From assembly GCA_041551965.1 (NCBI GenBank), contig JBFELU010000004.1, forward strand, positions 1,483 to 65,482: DNA of 64,000 nt, given 5' to 3'. Below are positions 1 through 8,800 of this stretch, piece by piece. Under the pieces are notes generated by a model. It did not search any database. It was not told where the DNA came from and saw only the letters and a list, made by a program, of their open reading frames with translations. Made by a program: the position numbers and the translations under genes. Position 1 is the stretch's first letter, and each line of letters starts with the position of its first letter. This DNA comes from Acidimicrobiia bacterium. Lineage in GTDB: Bacteria > Actinomycetota > Acidimicrobiia > Spongiisociales > UBA11373.

Positions 1-397
1 TGTCGAGGGTGGCCTCGACCCCGGTCCGACCCATGTCGAGGGCGTGGTTCGAGGCCGTCGAGCAGGTGTCGTAGCCGGTGGCGGCAATGGCGTCTGCGAG
101 TTCCCACGGAGCGTTGAAGCCGGGGTAGTAGGAGAGGCCGACGTTGGTGGAGGAGAGCGGGACCTCGAGGTGACAGATGGCGAGATCCGCCGGCGAGATC
201 CAAGGCTCGATCGGGGCCAGCAGCGGCGCGAAGTCGTGGGTCCCGTATCCCGGGACGTTGGCGTCGGCCTGGGCGGCGATGCTGCGATGGATCAGGAGGT
301 CGCCGCCGGCCGCGATCGTGAACGTGCGAGGGGGATCTGGCGAGCCGGGTACTCCGAGGAGGAGAGCACTCAGCGCCAGCAGCAATCGGGCACGCAC
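1..397 (-). CDS. CapA/PGA_cap family (poly-gamma-glutamate capsule biosynthesis-like metallophosphatase), N-terminal fragment; the gene continues beyond the window start
   Basis: I translated the minus strand by hand. A GTG at 397 gives MRARLLLALSALLLGVPGSPDPPRTFTIAAGGDLLIHRSIAAQ...ADLAICHLEVPLS...YDTCSTASNHALDMG. This shows a signal peptide followed by G-D-(L/I)-(M/L)-x-R, NLE and ANNH-x-LD motifs typical of CapA. It is missing from the ORF track because it runs off the window edge. Confidence 0.5.
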   Translation of the reverse strand, partial: MRARLLLALSALLLGVPGSPDPPRTFTIAAGGDLLIHRSIAAQADANVPGYGTHDFAPLLAPIEPWISPADLAICHLEVPLSSTNVGLSYYPGFNAPWELADAIAATGYDTCSTASNHALDMGRTGVEATLD

Positions 398-545
398 CAG
401 GACCTCCGGGCTGGTGCCCTCACGCTACGCGCGGTCTACGCCGGTGTGGGCTGCTCGACCGGCTCGGGAGTCTCCTCGGGCGCCGAGACCGGCTCTTCGA
501 GCGGCTCCGACTCCCAGATGCGTTCGATCTCACCGATGTCCACGG

Positions 546-1238
546 TCAGTGCTCCTTGATCGTCACGCCGTATCGCACGGCGAAGGACTCGGCCACTCGG
601 TCCAGAAAGTCCATGAGCGGCAGGTTCGTGAAGGACCCAGGTGGTTCGAGGTGATCGTCGCACCGGGGAAGGTAGAGGGTGGGCCCGATCCTGATCCAGT
701 CGGCCCGGCGGGGGCACAGCGGCTTGAGACACGCGGGTCGGCACCCCATGCCGGCGATGATCTCGAGAGGACCGACGATCCGGGCTCGTTCGGCCCGGTA
801 GCCGCGGCTTCCCTCGAAGATGATCCCGGACAGCTCGACGGATCCTTGGGCCCACATCCACGGGCGAGGAGGCCGCATCGGATCCTTCATGGCGTAGATG
901 CCGCACCGGCAGCCGAGCACCGGGGCCGGCTGCTCCGGGTGGGGCCGAAGGGTGCTGCGGCCGATGCGGAGGGGGAGGCGGGTGCGACACCCGGCTACGT
1001 GCCGCGGTCCCTCCCAGATGGTGCTGGTGGTGGCGCTGGTCAGAATCGGATCGCCGGGTTCGTTCCCGTAGCGGCCGGCCGGAGCCACTCGCCACAGGCG
1101 GTGGCCCACGAACGGGTCGATGGTGAAAGACGGCGCTTGGGTCCCTTCGGGATCGATCGCCCAGGCCCCTCCTACCCCCTGTTCGCGCGGAAAGCGGTCA
1201 TCAGAACCACGCAACGAAGGTGCTGGTGGCCATCCCAT
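546..1238 (-). CDS. hypothetical Cys-rich protein (multiple CxC/CxxC-like clusters), family not recognised
   Basis: 230-aa ORF with GC3-biased codon usage. Its Cys clusters (GCRCGIY, GCRPACLKPLCPRR, LPRCDDH) suggest a metal-binding fold. The competing ORF 436..1095 in another frame is R/P/H-rich and reads like noise. Confidence 0.45.
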   Translation of the reverse strand: MGWPPAPSLRGSDDRFPREQGVGGAWAIDPEGTQAPSFTIDPFVGHRLWRVAPAGRYGNEPGDPILTSATTSTIWEGPRHVAGCRTRLPLRIGRSTLRPHPEQPAPVLGCRCGIYAMKDPMRPPRPWMWAQGSVELSGIIFEGSRGYRAERARIVGPLEIIAGMGCRPACLKPLCPRRADWIRIGPTLYLPRCDDHLEPPGSFTNLPLMDFLDRVAESFAVRYGVTIKEH

Positions 1239-1490
1239 CGCGGCGCACCATAGCCGGGACGGCCGCCTCGGGGATCAGGAGGCCTGCTTGTCGCGAAGCC
1301 GGGCGGCCTGTTCCTCGAGGTTGTTGCGTTCGGCCTCGAGCGATTCGCGGTCTTCCCCGACCTCGTCGGGGAGTCGGGTGAGCCGTTCGGTGAGTCGTGC
1401 TAGCTCTCGGAGGACCCGCTCGAGATCGTTCATGCGCCCATCATGTGCGCTTCGAACGGCTTCGCCAAGGGGCTTTTGACCCGAGATTCG

Positions 1491-2573
1491 TCAGTCGTCC
1501 CAGATGTGGATGCGCATGCCGATGAACAGATGGTCTTCGAGCCAGTCGGCCTCCCAGTTGTGGACCCGCACGCAGCCGTGTGAGGCGGGGTAGGCCGGCA
1601 CCGAGGTGTACCCGTGCAGGGCATAGCCGGTGGTGAACGACCACGGCTCGTAGATGCACCATCCGTAGAGCGGATCGCAATTCCAACCGTTGGAGTGGTT
1701 GAAGAACCGGAACGAGCCGCGCGGGGTCCGCGCCGAGACCCAGGCCTCGGCTCGCTTGCTGTAGTAGAGGTAGCCGCCCCCGGTGCTCGTCGGCATGATT
1801 GCCGCCACCTCGTCGTCTTCGATCAGATACACGACCTGGTGGCCGATGTCCACCTCGAGCCGATCGGGGTCGCCGGTGCGGTGCTTGGGGACCCGGGGTC
1901 GGAACTCGGCGAGACGGTCCCAGTCGGACGCCTGCCAGGTGTCGGTCCGCGGCCGCTCGACGACCTTGTGGAATGTGATCACCGCGGCCGCCGTCTTGTC
2001 GTTGTAGCGTCCGTTGATCGGACCCCGGTACAGGAGCGCTTCGGTGAGGGACCGTTGCAGGTGGCGAACGGCGGCGCCCCGGTCCCCGGGCTCGAGGCCG
2101 ACCCGATCGCAGTTGGAGCGACGCTCGGCGTCGCACACGTCGAAGCCGGCCCCCCCTCTGGCCTCGTCGTTGCCGGAACCGCCCACGATCTCGTCGGGTC
2201 CGTCCCCGCCGCGCAGCGTGTCGTTGCCCGACCAACCGAACAGGGAGTCGGGTCCCGCCCCACCGTCGATCTCATCGGGCCCGCCGCCACCCCGCAGGTC
2301 GTCGGCACCACCACCGCCGAAGATCCGGTCCGCACCGTCGCCGCCGCAGATGATGTCGTCGCCGCCGAGGCCCCTGATCTCGTCGTTCCCGGCCCGACCC
2401 ACGATCACGTCGGCGCCGGTGGTGCCGGTGAGCAGGTCGTCTCCTTCGGTGCCGACGATCGTGGCGGTCGCACCTCCGCAGGTGTACCCGGCGGCCGCGG
2501 TCGCCACGGAGGGGAGCGCGGCGGCGGCTGCGATCATCGCCGGCACCATCGTGAGCCGTAGGAGTCGTTGCAT
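1491..2573 (-). CDS. secreted L,D-transpeptidase (YkuD domain) with a PG_binding_1 domain and N-terminal RTX/hemolysin-type Ca-binding repeats
   Basis: Signal peptide MQRLLRLTMVPAMIAAAAALPSVATAAA, followed by GGxGxD nonapeptide-like repeats (GNDEIRGLGGDDIICGGDGADRIFGGGGADDL...). Then comes a peptidoglycan-binding motif (LQRSLTEALLYRGPINGRYNDKTAAAVITFHK), then the L,D-transpeptidase catalytic motif HGYTSVPAYPASHGCVRVHN. Confidence 0.8.
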   Translation of the reverse strand: MQRLLRLTMVPAMIAAAAALPSVATAAAGYTCGGATATIVGTEGDDLLTGTTGADVIVGRAGNDEIRGLGGDDIICGGDGADRIFGGGGADDLRGGGGPDEIDGGAGPDSLFGWSGNDTLRGGDGPDEIVGGSGNDEARGGAGFDVCDAERRSNCDRVGLEPGDRGAAVRHLQRSLTEALLYRGPINGRYNDKTAAAVITFHKVVERPRTDTWQASDWDRLAEFRPRVPKHRTGDPDRLEVDIGHQVVYLIEDDEVAAIMPTSTGGGYLYYSKRAEAWVSARTPRGSFRFFNHSNGWNCDPLYGWCIYEPWSFTTGYALHGYTSVPAYPASHGCVRVHNWEADWLEDHLFIGMRIHIWDD

Positions 2574-2693
2574 CCTCGTGTCCCCCTCGGTCGGTGTCCC
2601 TGTGGATAATGGACCGGGTCGAGCGGTTCCTAGAGTCCTTCGGCCCTAGGTGGTGGGCGGCTTTAGGCTGGCACCGGTCGAGAGGGGTCTCTC

Positions 2694-3875
2694 ATGGGTG
2701 AAGCAGTGATCGTGTCGACGGCTCGAACGCCGATCGGCAAGGCGTACCGGGGAGCGTTCAACAACCTGGAGGGGCCGTCTCTGGGGGCGGTCGCAGTGCG
2801 AGAGGCGGTATCGCGAGCCGGCGTCGAAGGCGATGAGATCGACGATCTGATCATGGGGAACGCCCTCACCCAGGGAACGACGGGCTACAACGTGGCGCGA
2901 CAATGCGCCCTTGCGGCGGGGCTTCCGACAACCACCTCGGGGATGACGATCGATCGGCAGTGCTCCTCGGGGATGATGGCCATCGCCACCGCCGCCAAGC
3001 AGATCATGGTCGACGGCATGAAGGTGGTGGTCGCCGGAGGTCTGGAGTCGATCAGCCTCGTCCAGAACGAGCACATGAATCAATACCGGTCGTTCGATCC
3101 GGCCCTCTTGGAGTTGCAGCCCCACATGTACATGCCGATGCTCCAAACGGCCGAGGTCGTTGCCGAACGGTACGGCATCGGGCGCGAGGCACAGGATGAG
3201 TACGGGCTGCAGAGCCAGCAACGAGTCGCTGCGGCTCAGGAGGCCGGGCACTTCGACGATGAGATCGTCGCCGTCACCGCCACCAAGATCGTCCGGGATC
3301 GCGGCACCGGTGAGGAATCGAAGGAGCGGGTGACGCTGGAGCGCGACGAGGGGAACCGTCCCGGCACGACGGCCGAGGGGCTGGCTGGCCTGAAGACGGT
3401 GTTCGACGGCGGGACGATCACGGCGGGCAACGCCAGCCAGCTCTCCGACGGCGCCGCGGCCTGTGTGGTCATGGACGCCGATCTCGCCTCGCAGCGGGGT
3501 CTGGAACCCCTGGGCTACTACAGGGGATTGGCGGTGGCCGGGTGCGATCCCGACGAGATGGGCATCGGGCCGGTTTTCGCAGTGCCCCAGCTGCTGCAAC
3601 GGACCGGGCTGCGCATGGACGACATCGGTCTCTGGGAGCTCAACGAGGCCTTTGCGGTTCAGACGATCTACTGCCGCGACCGGCTCGGCATCGACAACGA
3701 GATCTTCAATGTGAACGGGGGTGCGATCTCGATCGGGCACCCCTACGGCATGTCGGGAGCTCGCATGGTCGGGCATGCTCTCATCGAGGGAAAGCGGCGG
3801 GGCGCCCGCTACGTGGTCGCGACGATGTGCATCGGCGGGGGAATGGGCGCCGCCGGGTTGTTCGAGGTGGCCTGA
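2694..3875 (+). CDS. acetyl-CoA C-acetyltransferase (thiolase II)
   Basis: N-terminus [18 protein letters not shown], catalytic Cys region QCSSGMMAI, and the C-terminal NEAFA...[11 protein letters not shown]...CIGGGMGAA thiolase signatures. Confidence 0.9.
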   Translation: MGEAVIVSTARTPIGKAYRGAFNNLEGPSLGAVAVREAVSRAGVEGDEIDDLIMGNALTQGTTGYNVARQCALAAGLPTTTSGMTIDRQCSSGMMAIATAAKQIMVDGMKVVVAGGLESISLVQNEHMNQYRSFDPALLELQPHMYMPMLQTAEVVAERYGIGREAQDEYGLQSQQRVAAAQEAGHFDDEIVAVTATKIVRDRGTGEESKERVTLERDEGNRPGTTAEGLAGLKTVFDGGTITAGNASQLSDGAAACVVMDADLASQRGLEPLGYYRGLAVAGCDPDEMGIGPVFAVPQLLQRTGLRMDDIGLWELNEAFAVQTIYCRDRLGIDNEIFNVNGGAISIGHPYGMSGARMVGHALIEGKRRGARYVVATMCIGGGMGAAGLFEVA

Positions 3876-3878
3876 CCC

Positions 3879-4886
3879 TCAGCCTTGCTCGGAGAGGTAG
3901 GCGTCGAGTTCGGCGAGCAGCGCCGCCTTGCGGTCGGCGTCGAGGAACGTCGCCTCGATCCCGTTGCGCGCCAGCCGGGCCACATCGTCCTCGTCGAGCC
4001 CCAAGGCTTGCTGGGCGGCGAGGTAGTTCTCCGTGAGATAACCGCCGAAGTAGGCCGGATCATCGGAGTTGACCATCACGGGGACTCCGGCATCGAGAAG
4101 GCGCTTCAGGTTGTGGTCCGCCAGCGTGTCGAACACCCGGAGCTTGACGTTCGACAGCGGGCACATGGTGAGCGGGATCCGCTCCGTGACGATCCGCTGC
4201 ATCAGTTCGGCGTCTTGCTCGACGGCGACGCCGTGGTCGATCCTCTCCGCTCCGAGGATGTCGAGAGCACCCCAGACGTAGGCGGGTGGCCCTTCCTCGC
4301 CGGCATGGGCCACGGCCCGGAGGCCGAGCCGGCGGGCTTCGGCGAACGCTCTTTGGAACTTCTCCGGGGGGTTCCCCACTTCACCCGAATCGAGCCCGAC
4401 CGCCTCGATCGCTTCCAGGAACGGTGCCGCCTGCTCGAGCGTGTCGAGGGCCGCTTCTTCCGGCAGATGCCGGAGGAAGCACATGATCAGCATGGTCGAG
4501 ACGCCGAGCCGCTCGGCGGCGTCGGCCCGGGCGCGCGCAAACCCGCCCATGAAGGCCTCGAAGGGGATGCCCCGCTCGGTATGTGTCTGAGGATCGAAGA
4601 ACATCTCGGCATGCCTGAGGTTCTCGGCCGCCACCCGCTCCAAGTAGACCCACATGAGCTCGTAGAAGTCCTGTTCGGTCTGGAGGACGGCCGCGCCCTG
4701 GTAGTAGATGTCGAGGAACGACTGGAGATCGGTGAACTCGTAGGCGGCCCGCACTTCGTCGACGTTCCCAAACGGCAAACCGACCCCGTTGCGCTCGGCG
4801 AGGCGAAACATCATCTCGGGCTCGAGGGTCCCTTCGATGTGGACGTGCAGCTCGACTTTGGGCAGGCCCCTGATGAACGACTCCAT
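3879..4886 (-). CDS. add: adenosine deaminase
   Basis: LPKVELHVHIEGTL, HAGE and SDDPAYFGGYL motifs of the adenosine/AMP deaminase family. Confidence 0.9.
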   Translation of the reverse strand: MESFIRGLPKVELHVHIEGTLEPEMMFRLAERNGVGLPFGNVDEVRAAYEFTDLQSFLDIYYQGAAVLQTEQDFYELMWVYLERVAAENLRHAEMFFDPQTHTERGIPFEAFMGGFARARADAAERLGVSTMLIMCFLRHLPEEAALDTLEQAAPFLEAIEAVGLDSGEVGNPPEKFQRAFAEARRLGLRAVAHAGEEGPPAYVWGALDILGAERIDHGVAVEQDAELMQRIVTERIPLTMCPLSNVKLRVFDTLADHNLKRLLDAGVPVMVNSDDPAYFGGYLTENYLAAQQALGLDEDDVARLARNGIEATFLDADRKAALLAELDAYLSEQG

Positions 4887-4992
4887 GTGCTCTCCCTTCC
4901 GGTGGCGAGCCTACCGGGGGGACTTTCGGCCCGGGTCGGCGCAGAGGTGGCGGCCTAGCATGTCTCCAGTGGTCCAGGAGGAGAGGATTCAC

Positions 4993-6201
4993 ATGAAGAA
5001 GAGAGGGTGGATGACGTTCGTCGCCCTGGTCGCGGTCCTGGCACTCGTGGCGGGGGCTTGTGGCGACGACGACGTCTCAGGAGAGGGCTTCACCTTCGGC
5101 ATGATCCTGGTCGGGCCCCAGAACGATCGGGGTTGGAGCCAGGCTCACTTCGAGGCCGGACAGTACGTCGAAGAACAGCTTCCGGGCGCAGAGATGATCG
5201 TGCTGGATGTGGTGAACACCGCCGACCGGCCCGACATCACGGTCGACCAGGTGGTGGCCGACATGATCTCTCAGGGGGCGCAACTGGTTTTCGCCACCTC
5301 CGACGACATGAAGGACGGGATCGAGCTGGCGGCCGAACAGAACCCGGATGTTCCGATGATCTGGTCGTCGGGCGACAGCGCCTGGGAGGACGGCAAGGAC
5401 TACCGGGGTGACCTCGAGAACCTGGGCAACGTGATGGGCCGGATGGAGTACGGCAAGATGATGGCTGGCTGCGCCGCCGGTCTCACGACGCAGACGGGAA
5501 GCATCGGCTACCTCGGTCCGCTGATCAACGACGAGACGCGGCGACTTGCCAACTCGGTGTATCTGGGCGCCAAGTACTGCTGGGAGGAGTACCGCGGCAA
5601 CAGCGGTGACGATCTCACCTTTGCGGTGAACTGGATCGGCTTCTGGTTCAACATTCCCGGGGTGACGCTGGATCCGACGCTGGTTGCCAACGACTTCTTC
5701 GACGGTGGCGCCGACGTGGTGGTGTCGGGTATCGACACGACCGAGGCCCTGGTCGTGGCCGGCCAGCGGGCCGCCGCCGACGAGCAGGTCTGGGCGGTGC
5801 CCTACGACTACGAAGGAGCCTGCGAAGAGGCGCCCTTCATCTGTCTCGGGGTTCCCTACTTCAACTGGGGGCCGTCGTATCTGGAGATCGTCGAATCCGT
5901 GATCCAAGGCGACTTCGAAGCGGATTGGGAGTGGTTCGGACCCGACTGGGACGACATCGCCAACCCGGACACGAGCGGCATCGGGTTCTTCAAGGGCGAA
6001 GGGCTCTCCGAGGAGAACTCGGCGACTCTCGACGAGTTCATCGATGATCTGGCGAGCGGCGACCTGGAGCTGTTCACCGGCCCGCTCAACTACCAGGACG
6101 GCAGCGTCTATCTCGAGGACGGCGAAGTCGCCACCGACTTCCAGGTCTGGTACACGGAGCAGCTGCTGGAAGGAATGCTCGGAGCGAGCGCCCCGAGCTA
6201 G
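4993..6201 (+). CDS. BMP-family (PnrA/Med-like) ABC transporter substrate-binding lipoprotein, nucleoside-binding
   Basis: I chose the internal ATG at 4993, which is preceded by GGAGGAG. The N-terminus has a lipobox (LALVAGACGDD), followed by a BMP-family body. The upstream 68 codons of the track ORF overlap add antisense and look non-coding. Confidence 0.85.
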   Translation: MKKRGWMTFVALVAVLALVAGACGDDDVSGEGFTFGMILVGPQNDRGWSQAHFEAGQYVEEQLPGAEMIVLDVVNTADRPDITVDQVVADMISQGAQLVFATSDDMKDGIELAAEQNPDVPMIWSSGDSAWEDGKDYRGDLENLGNVMGRMEYGKMMAGCAAGLTTQTGSIGYLGPLINDETRRLANSVYLGAKYCWEEYRGNSGDDLTFAVNWIGFWFNIPGVTLDPTLVANDFFDGGADVVVSGIDTTEALVVAGQRAAADEQVWAVPYDYEGACEEAPFICLGVPYFNWGPSYLEIVESVIQGDFEADWEWFGPDWDDIANPDTSGIGFFKGEGLSEENSATLDEFIDDLASGDLELFTGPLNYQDGSVYLEDGEVATDFQVWYTEQLLEGMLGASAPS

Positions 6202-6215
6202 GAACGTTCTCGTTC

Positions 6216-6245
6216 GTGGGGGAAGGGCCGCCGCCCTTCCCCCAC
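6216..6245 (+). promoter_or_regulatory. very stable 13-bp stem-loop (gtgggggaagggc cgcc gcccttcccccac) between the BMP substrate-binding gene and the ABC ATPase gene
   Basis: A perfect inverted repeat 15 nt after the BMP stop. It is probably an intra-operon partial terminator or mRNA stabiliser that sets the binding-protein to transporter stoichiometry. Confidence 0.55.
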
Positions 6246-6282
6246 GCGCGCTCCACGTCTCCGGGTTAGCCTCGGGCGGACG

Positions 6283-7749
6283 ATGGGGTTGGAACTTCGC
6301 GGGATCCGCAAGCACTTCGGGGCGGTTCGAGCGAATGACGGCATCGATCTGACGGTCCGGGCCGGTGAGCTCCACGGACTCCTGGGGGAGAACGGCGCCG
6401 GCAAATCGACCCTGATGAAGGTGTTGAGTGGGTTCCTGGAGGCCGACTCGGGTGAGGTGGTCCTCGACGACCGGGTGATCTCCATGGAGTCCCCCAAGGA
6501 CGCCATCGCCGCCGGGATCGGGATGCTCCATCAGGATCCTCTGGTGTTCCTGCCCTTCTCGGTCCTCGACAACTTCATGCTGGGAAGCCCCGGAGGGCTC
6601 GGCCTCGAGCGCGAGGACGCGGCCGAGGGTCTGCGAGAACTCAGCGAACGCTTCGGGTTCGCCTTCGACCCGGACGCTCCGGTGCGCACGCTGACGGTCG
6701 GGGAGCGGCAGCAGCTGGAGATCGTCCGTCTCCTGTGGCTGGGGGCCCGGGTGCTGATCCTCGATGAGCCCACGACCGGCATCTCGGCGACTCAGCGGGA
6801 GCAGCTGTTCGCCACGCTGCGGACGCTGGCAGCCGAGGGGATGATCGTGATCTTCGTCTCCCACAAGCTGGAGGAAGTCGAGGAGCTCTGTCACAAGGTC
6901 ACCGTGATGCGGCTCGGCAAGGTCGTCGGGGAGACCGACCTCCCGTGCCCCCCGCAGCAACTCGTGGAGATGATGTTCGGAAGGGTGGTGACCCCCGCGG
7001 ACCGGGAGGAGGTTCCGCTCGGCGAGGGGGCGATCACCCTTCGCGACGCGACGATCAGCGAGCGGCTCCTCACGATCACCGATCTGTCGCTCAGCGTGCA
7101 GGCCGGCGAGGTCGTCGGTCTCGCCGGACTGGAAGGCAGCGGCCAGCGGATGCTGTTGCGAGTCTGCGCCGGGCTCTTGCCGTTGGAGCAGGGCAGCCTG
7201 TCCCTGGACGGACGGGACATGGCGCGGGCCGGGTACCGGGATTTCATCGAGGCCGGCGTCCACTATCTGCCGGCGGGACGTCTCGAAGAGGGATTGGTGG
7301 CAGGTCTCTCCATCACCGAGCACCTCCTGCTTGCCGCCCGCACCACCGAGTTCTTCATCGATTGGGCGGAGGCGGAACGCCGCGCCGCCGAGTTGATCGA
7401 GCGGTACTCGATCAAGGGGACGCCGGAGTCGCCGGCCGAGTCGCTCTCCGGCGGAAACCAGCAGCGCTTGTTGCTGGCGATGATGCCCCCCCGGATCAGG
7501 CTGCTCCTCATGGAACACCCGACCCGGGGTCTGGACATCGAGTCGGCCGATTGGGTGTGGACCCAACTGCTGCAGCGCCGTGACGATGGGACGGCGGTCA
7601 TCTTTGCGTCGGCCGACCTGGATGAGCTGCTGCGCTACAGCGATCGCATCCTCGTGTTCTTTGCCGGCCGGGTCTTGAGAACCCTGGACGCGGCGACCAC
7701 CGACGGAGAGCAACTCGGGTTCCTCATCGGCGGCAAGGAGGTGGCATGA
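6283..7749 (+). CDS. ABC transporter ATP-binding protein (duplicated ATPase, sugar/nucleoside importer type)
   Basis: Two Walker A/LSGGQ/Walker B sets (GENGAGKST ... LSGGNQQR). Its stop overlaps the next gene's start by 4 nt. Confidence 0.9.
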   Translation: MGLELRGIRKHFGAVRANDGIDLTVRAGELHGLLGENGAGKSTLMKVLSGFLEADSGEVVLDDRVISMESPKDAIAAGIGMLHQDPLVFLPFSVLDNFMLGSPGGLGLEREDAAEGLRELSERFGFAFDPDAPVRTLTVGERQQLEIVRLLWLGARVLILDEPTTGISATQREQLFATLRTLAAEGMIVIFVSHKLEEVEELCHKVTVMRLGKVVGETDLPCPPQQLVEMMFGRVVTPADREEVPLGEGAITLRDATISERLLTITDLSLSVQAGEVVGLAGLEGSGQRMLLRVCAGLLPLEQGSLSLDGRDMARAGYRDFIEAGVHYLPAGRLEEGLVAGLSITEHLLLAARTTEFFIDWAEAERRAAELIERYSIKGTPESPAESLSGGNQQRLLLAMMPPRIRLLLMEHPTRGLDIESADWVWTQLLQRRDDGTAVIFASADLDELLRYSDRILVFFAGRVLRTLDAATTDGEQLGFLIGGKEVA

Positions 7750-8798
7750 GCGACCGGCTGCGTCGCGCCGGCGTGATGGCCGCCCCGGTCGGTCTCGCCA
7801 TCGCGGTGGCACTGCTGCTGCTCGTGCTGGTGGGAGCCCAGCCGTTCGAGGCGTTCCGCCTCATCTGGAATGGGTCCCTCGGGACCTCCGACAAGCTCCC
7901 CGACACGCTGCTGACCTGGGTTCCGCTGACGCTGGCGGCGGCGGGGTTGATCGTGACGTTTGCCGCCGGGTTGTGGAACATCGGTGTCGAAGGCCAGGTG
8001 GTGGTGGGTGCCATCGCCGCAGCGTGGGTGGTCAGGGAGATCCCCGGACCGGGCGGGCTGGTGATCGTGCTCGCCTTCCTGGCGGGAGCCCTGGGCGGCC
8101 TGATTTGGGGGCTCTTCGCGGGGGTGCTCAAGGTCTACGGGCGGGTCAATGAGATCTTCGGTGGGTTGGGGCTCGATTTCGTGGCGACCGGTCTCGCCGT
8201 GTATCTGATCATCGGACCGTGGAAGCGGGCCGGCGTTGCATCGACCAGCGGAACGGACCTCTTTCGGCGGGAAGTCTGGCTGCCGGAGGCGGCCGGGTAC
8301 TCGTGGGTTGCCCTGGCGATCGCGGTGATCGCTGTGGTGGGTGTGTACCTGCTGATGCGGGGCACCGGCTTCGGCCTCCGGCTCAAGGCGGTCGGCAGCA
8401 ACTCCCAGAGCGCATTCCTGCTCGGCATACCCACCGGGCGCTACATGCTGGCGGCCTTTGCGATCTGCGGGGCGCTGGCGGGCACCGCCGGGACGGTGCA
8501 GGCATTGGGGTTTCACCACAAGCTGGTGCCGGCGGTCTCGGGAGGGTATGGGTTCCTCGGCATCCTCGTCGTCCTGTTGGCGGTCTTTCGCGCCGCCTGG
8601 ATCGCACCGATCGCTCTGTTCTTCATGATGCTGTCGGTGGGCAGCACCCAGCTCAGCCTGAGGCTCGGGCTCGACTCGGCGATCGGCGGCGTGTTGCAGG
8701 GAATCCTGGTGCTGTTCACGCTCCTGGCGGGGGGCTTCCAAGTCCGGCGGATGCATCTCGCTCGAAGATCGGCCGTCACCGCTTTCGTGGAGGAGTAG
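7746..8798 (+). CDS. ABC transporter permease (nucleoside uptake system)
   Basis: Polytopic membrane protein. ATGA overlap with the ATPase gene. Confidence 0.85.
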   Translation: MSDRLRRAGVMAAPVGLAIAVALLLLVLVGAQPFEAFRLIWNGSLGTSDKLPDTLLTWVPLTLAAAGLIVTFAAGLWNIGVEGQVVVGAIAAAWVVREIPGPGGLVIVLAFLAGALGGLIWGLFAGVLKVYGRVNEIFGGLGLDFVATGLAVYLIIGPWKRAGVASTSGTDLFRREVWLPEAAGYSWVALAIAVIAVVGVYLLMRGTGFGLRLKAVGSNSQSAFLLGIPTGRYMLAAFAICGALAGTAGTVQALGFHHKLVPAVSGGYGFLGILVVLLAVFRAAWIAPIALFFMMLSVGSTQLSLRLGLDSAIGGVLQGILVLFTLLAGGFQVRRMHLARRSAVTAFVEE

Positions 8799-8800
8799 GG

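Noticed and set aside
436-1095. 219-aa ORF competing with 546..1238 on the minus strand
   Set aside because: It is histidine/proline/arginine-rich and overlaps 546..1238 in another frame. Only its acidic C-terminal tail looks protein-like, and I could not support it as a gene.
4887-4992. Possible purine riboswitch in the add/BMP divergent region
   Set aside because: I found no recognisable purine, ZTP or preQ1 consensus by eye. This needs an Rfam scan and is left as a check rather than a call.
5077-7812. 911-aa ORF on the minus strand
   Set aside because: Antisense to the BMP lipoprotein and ABC ATPase genes. R/G/P-rich noise.
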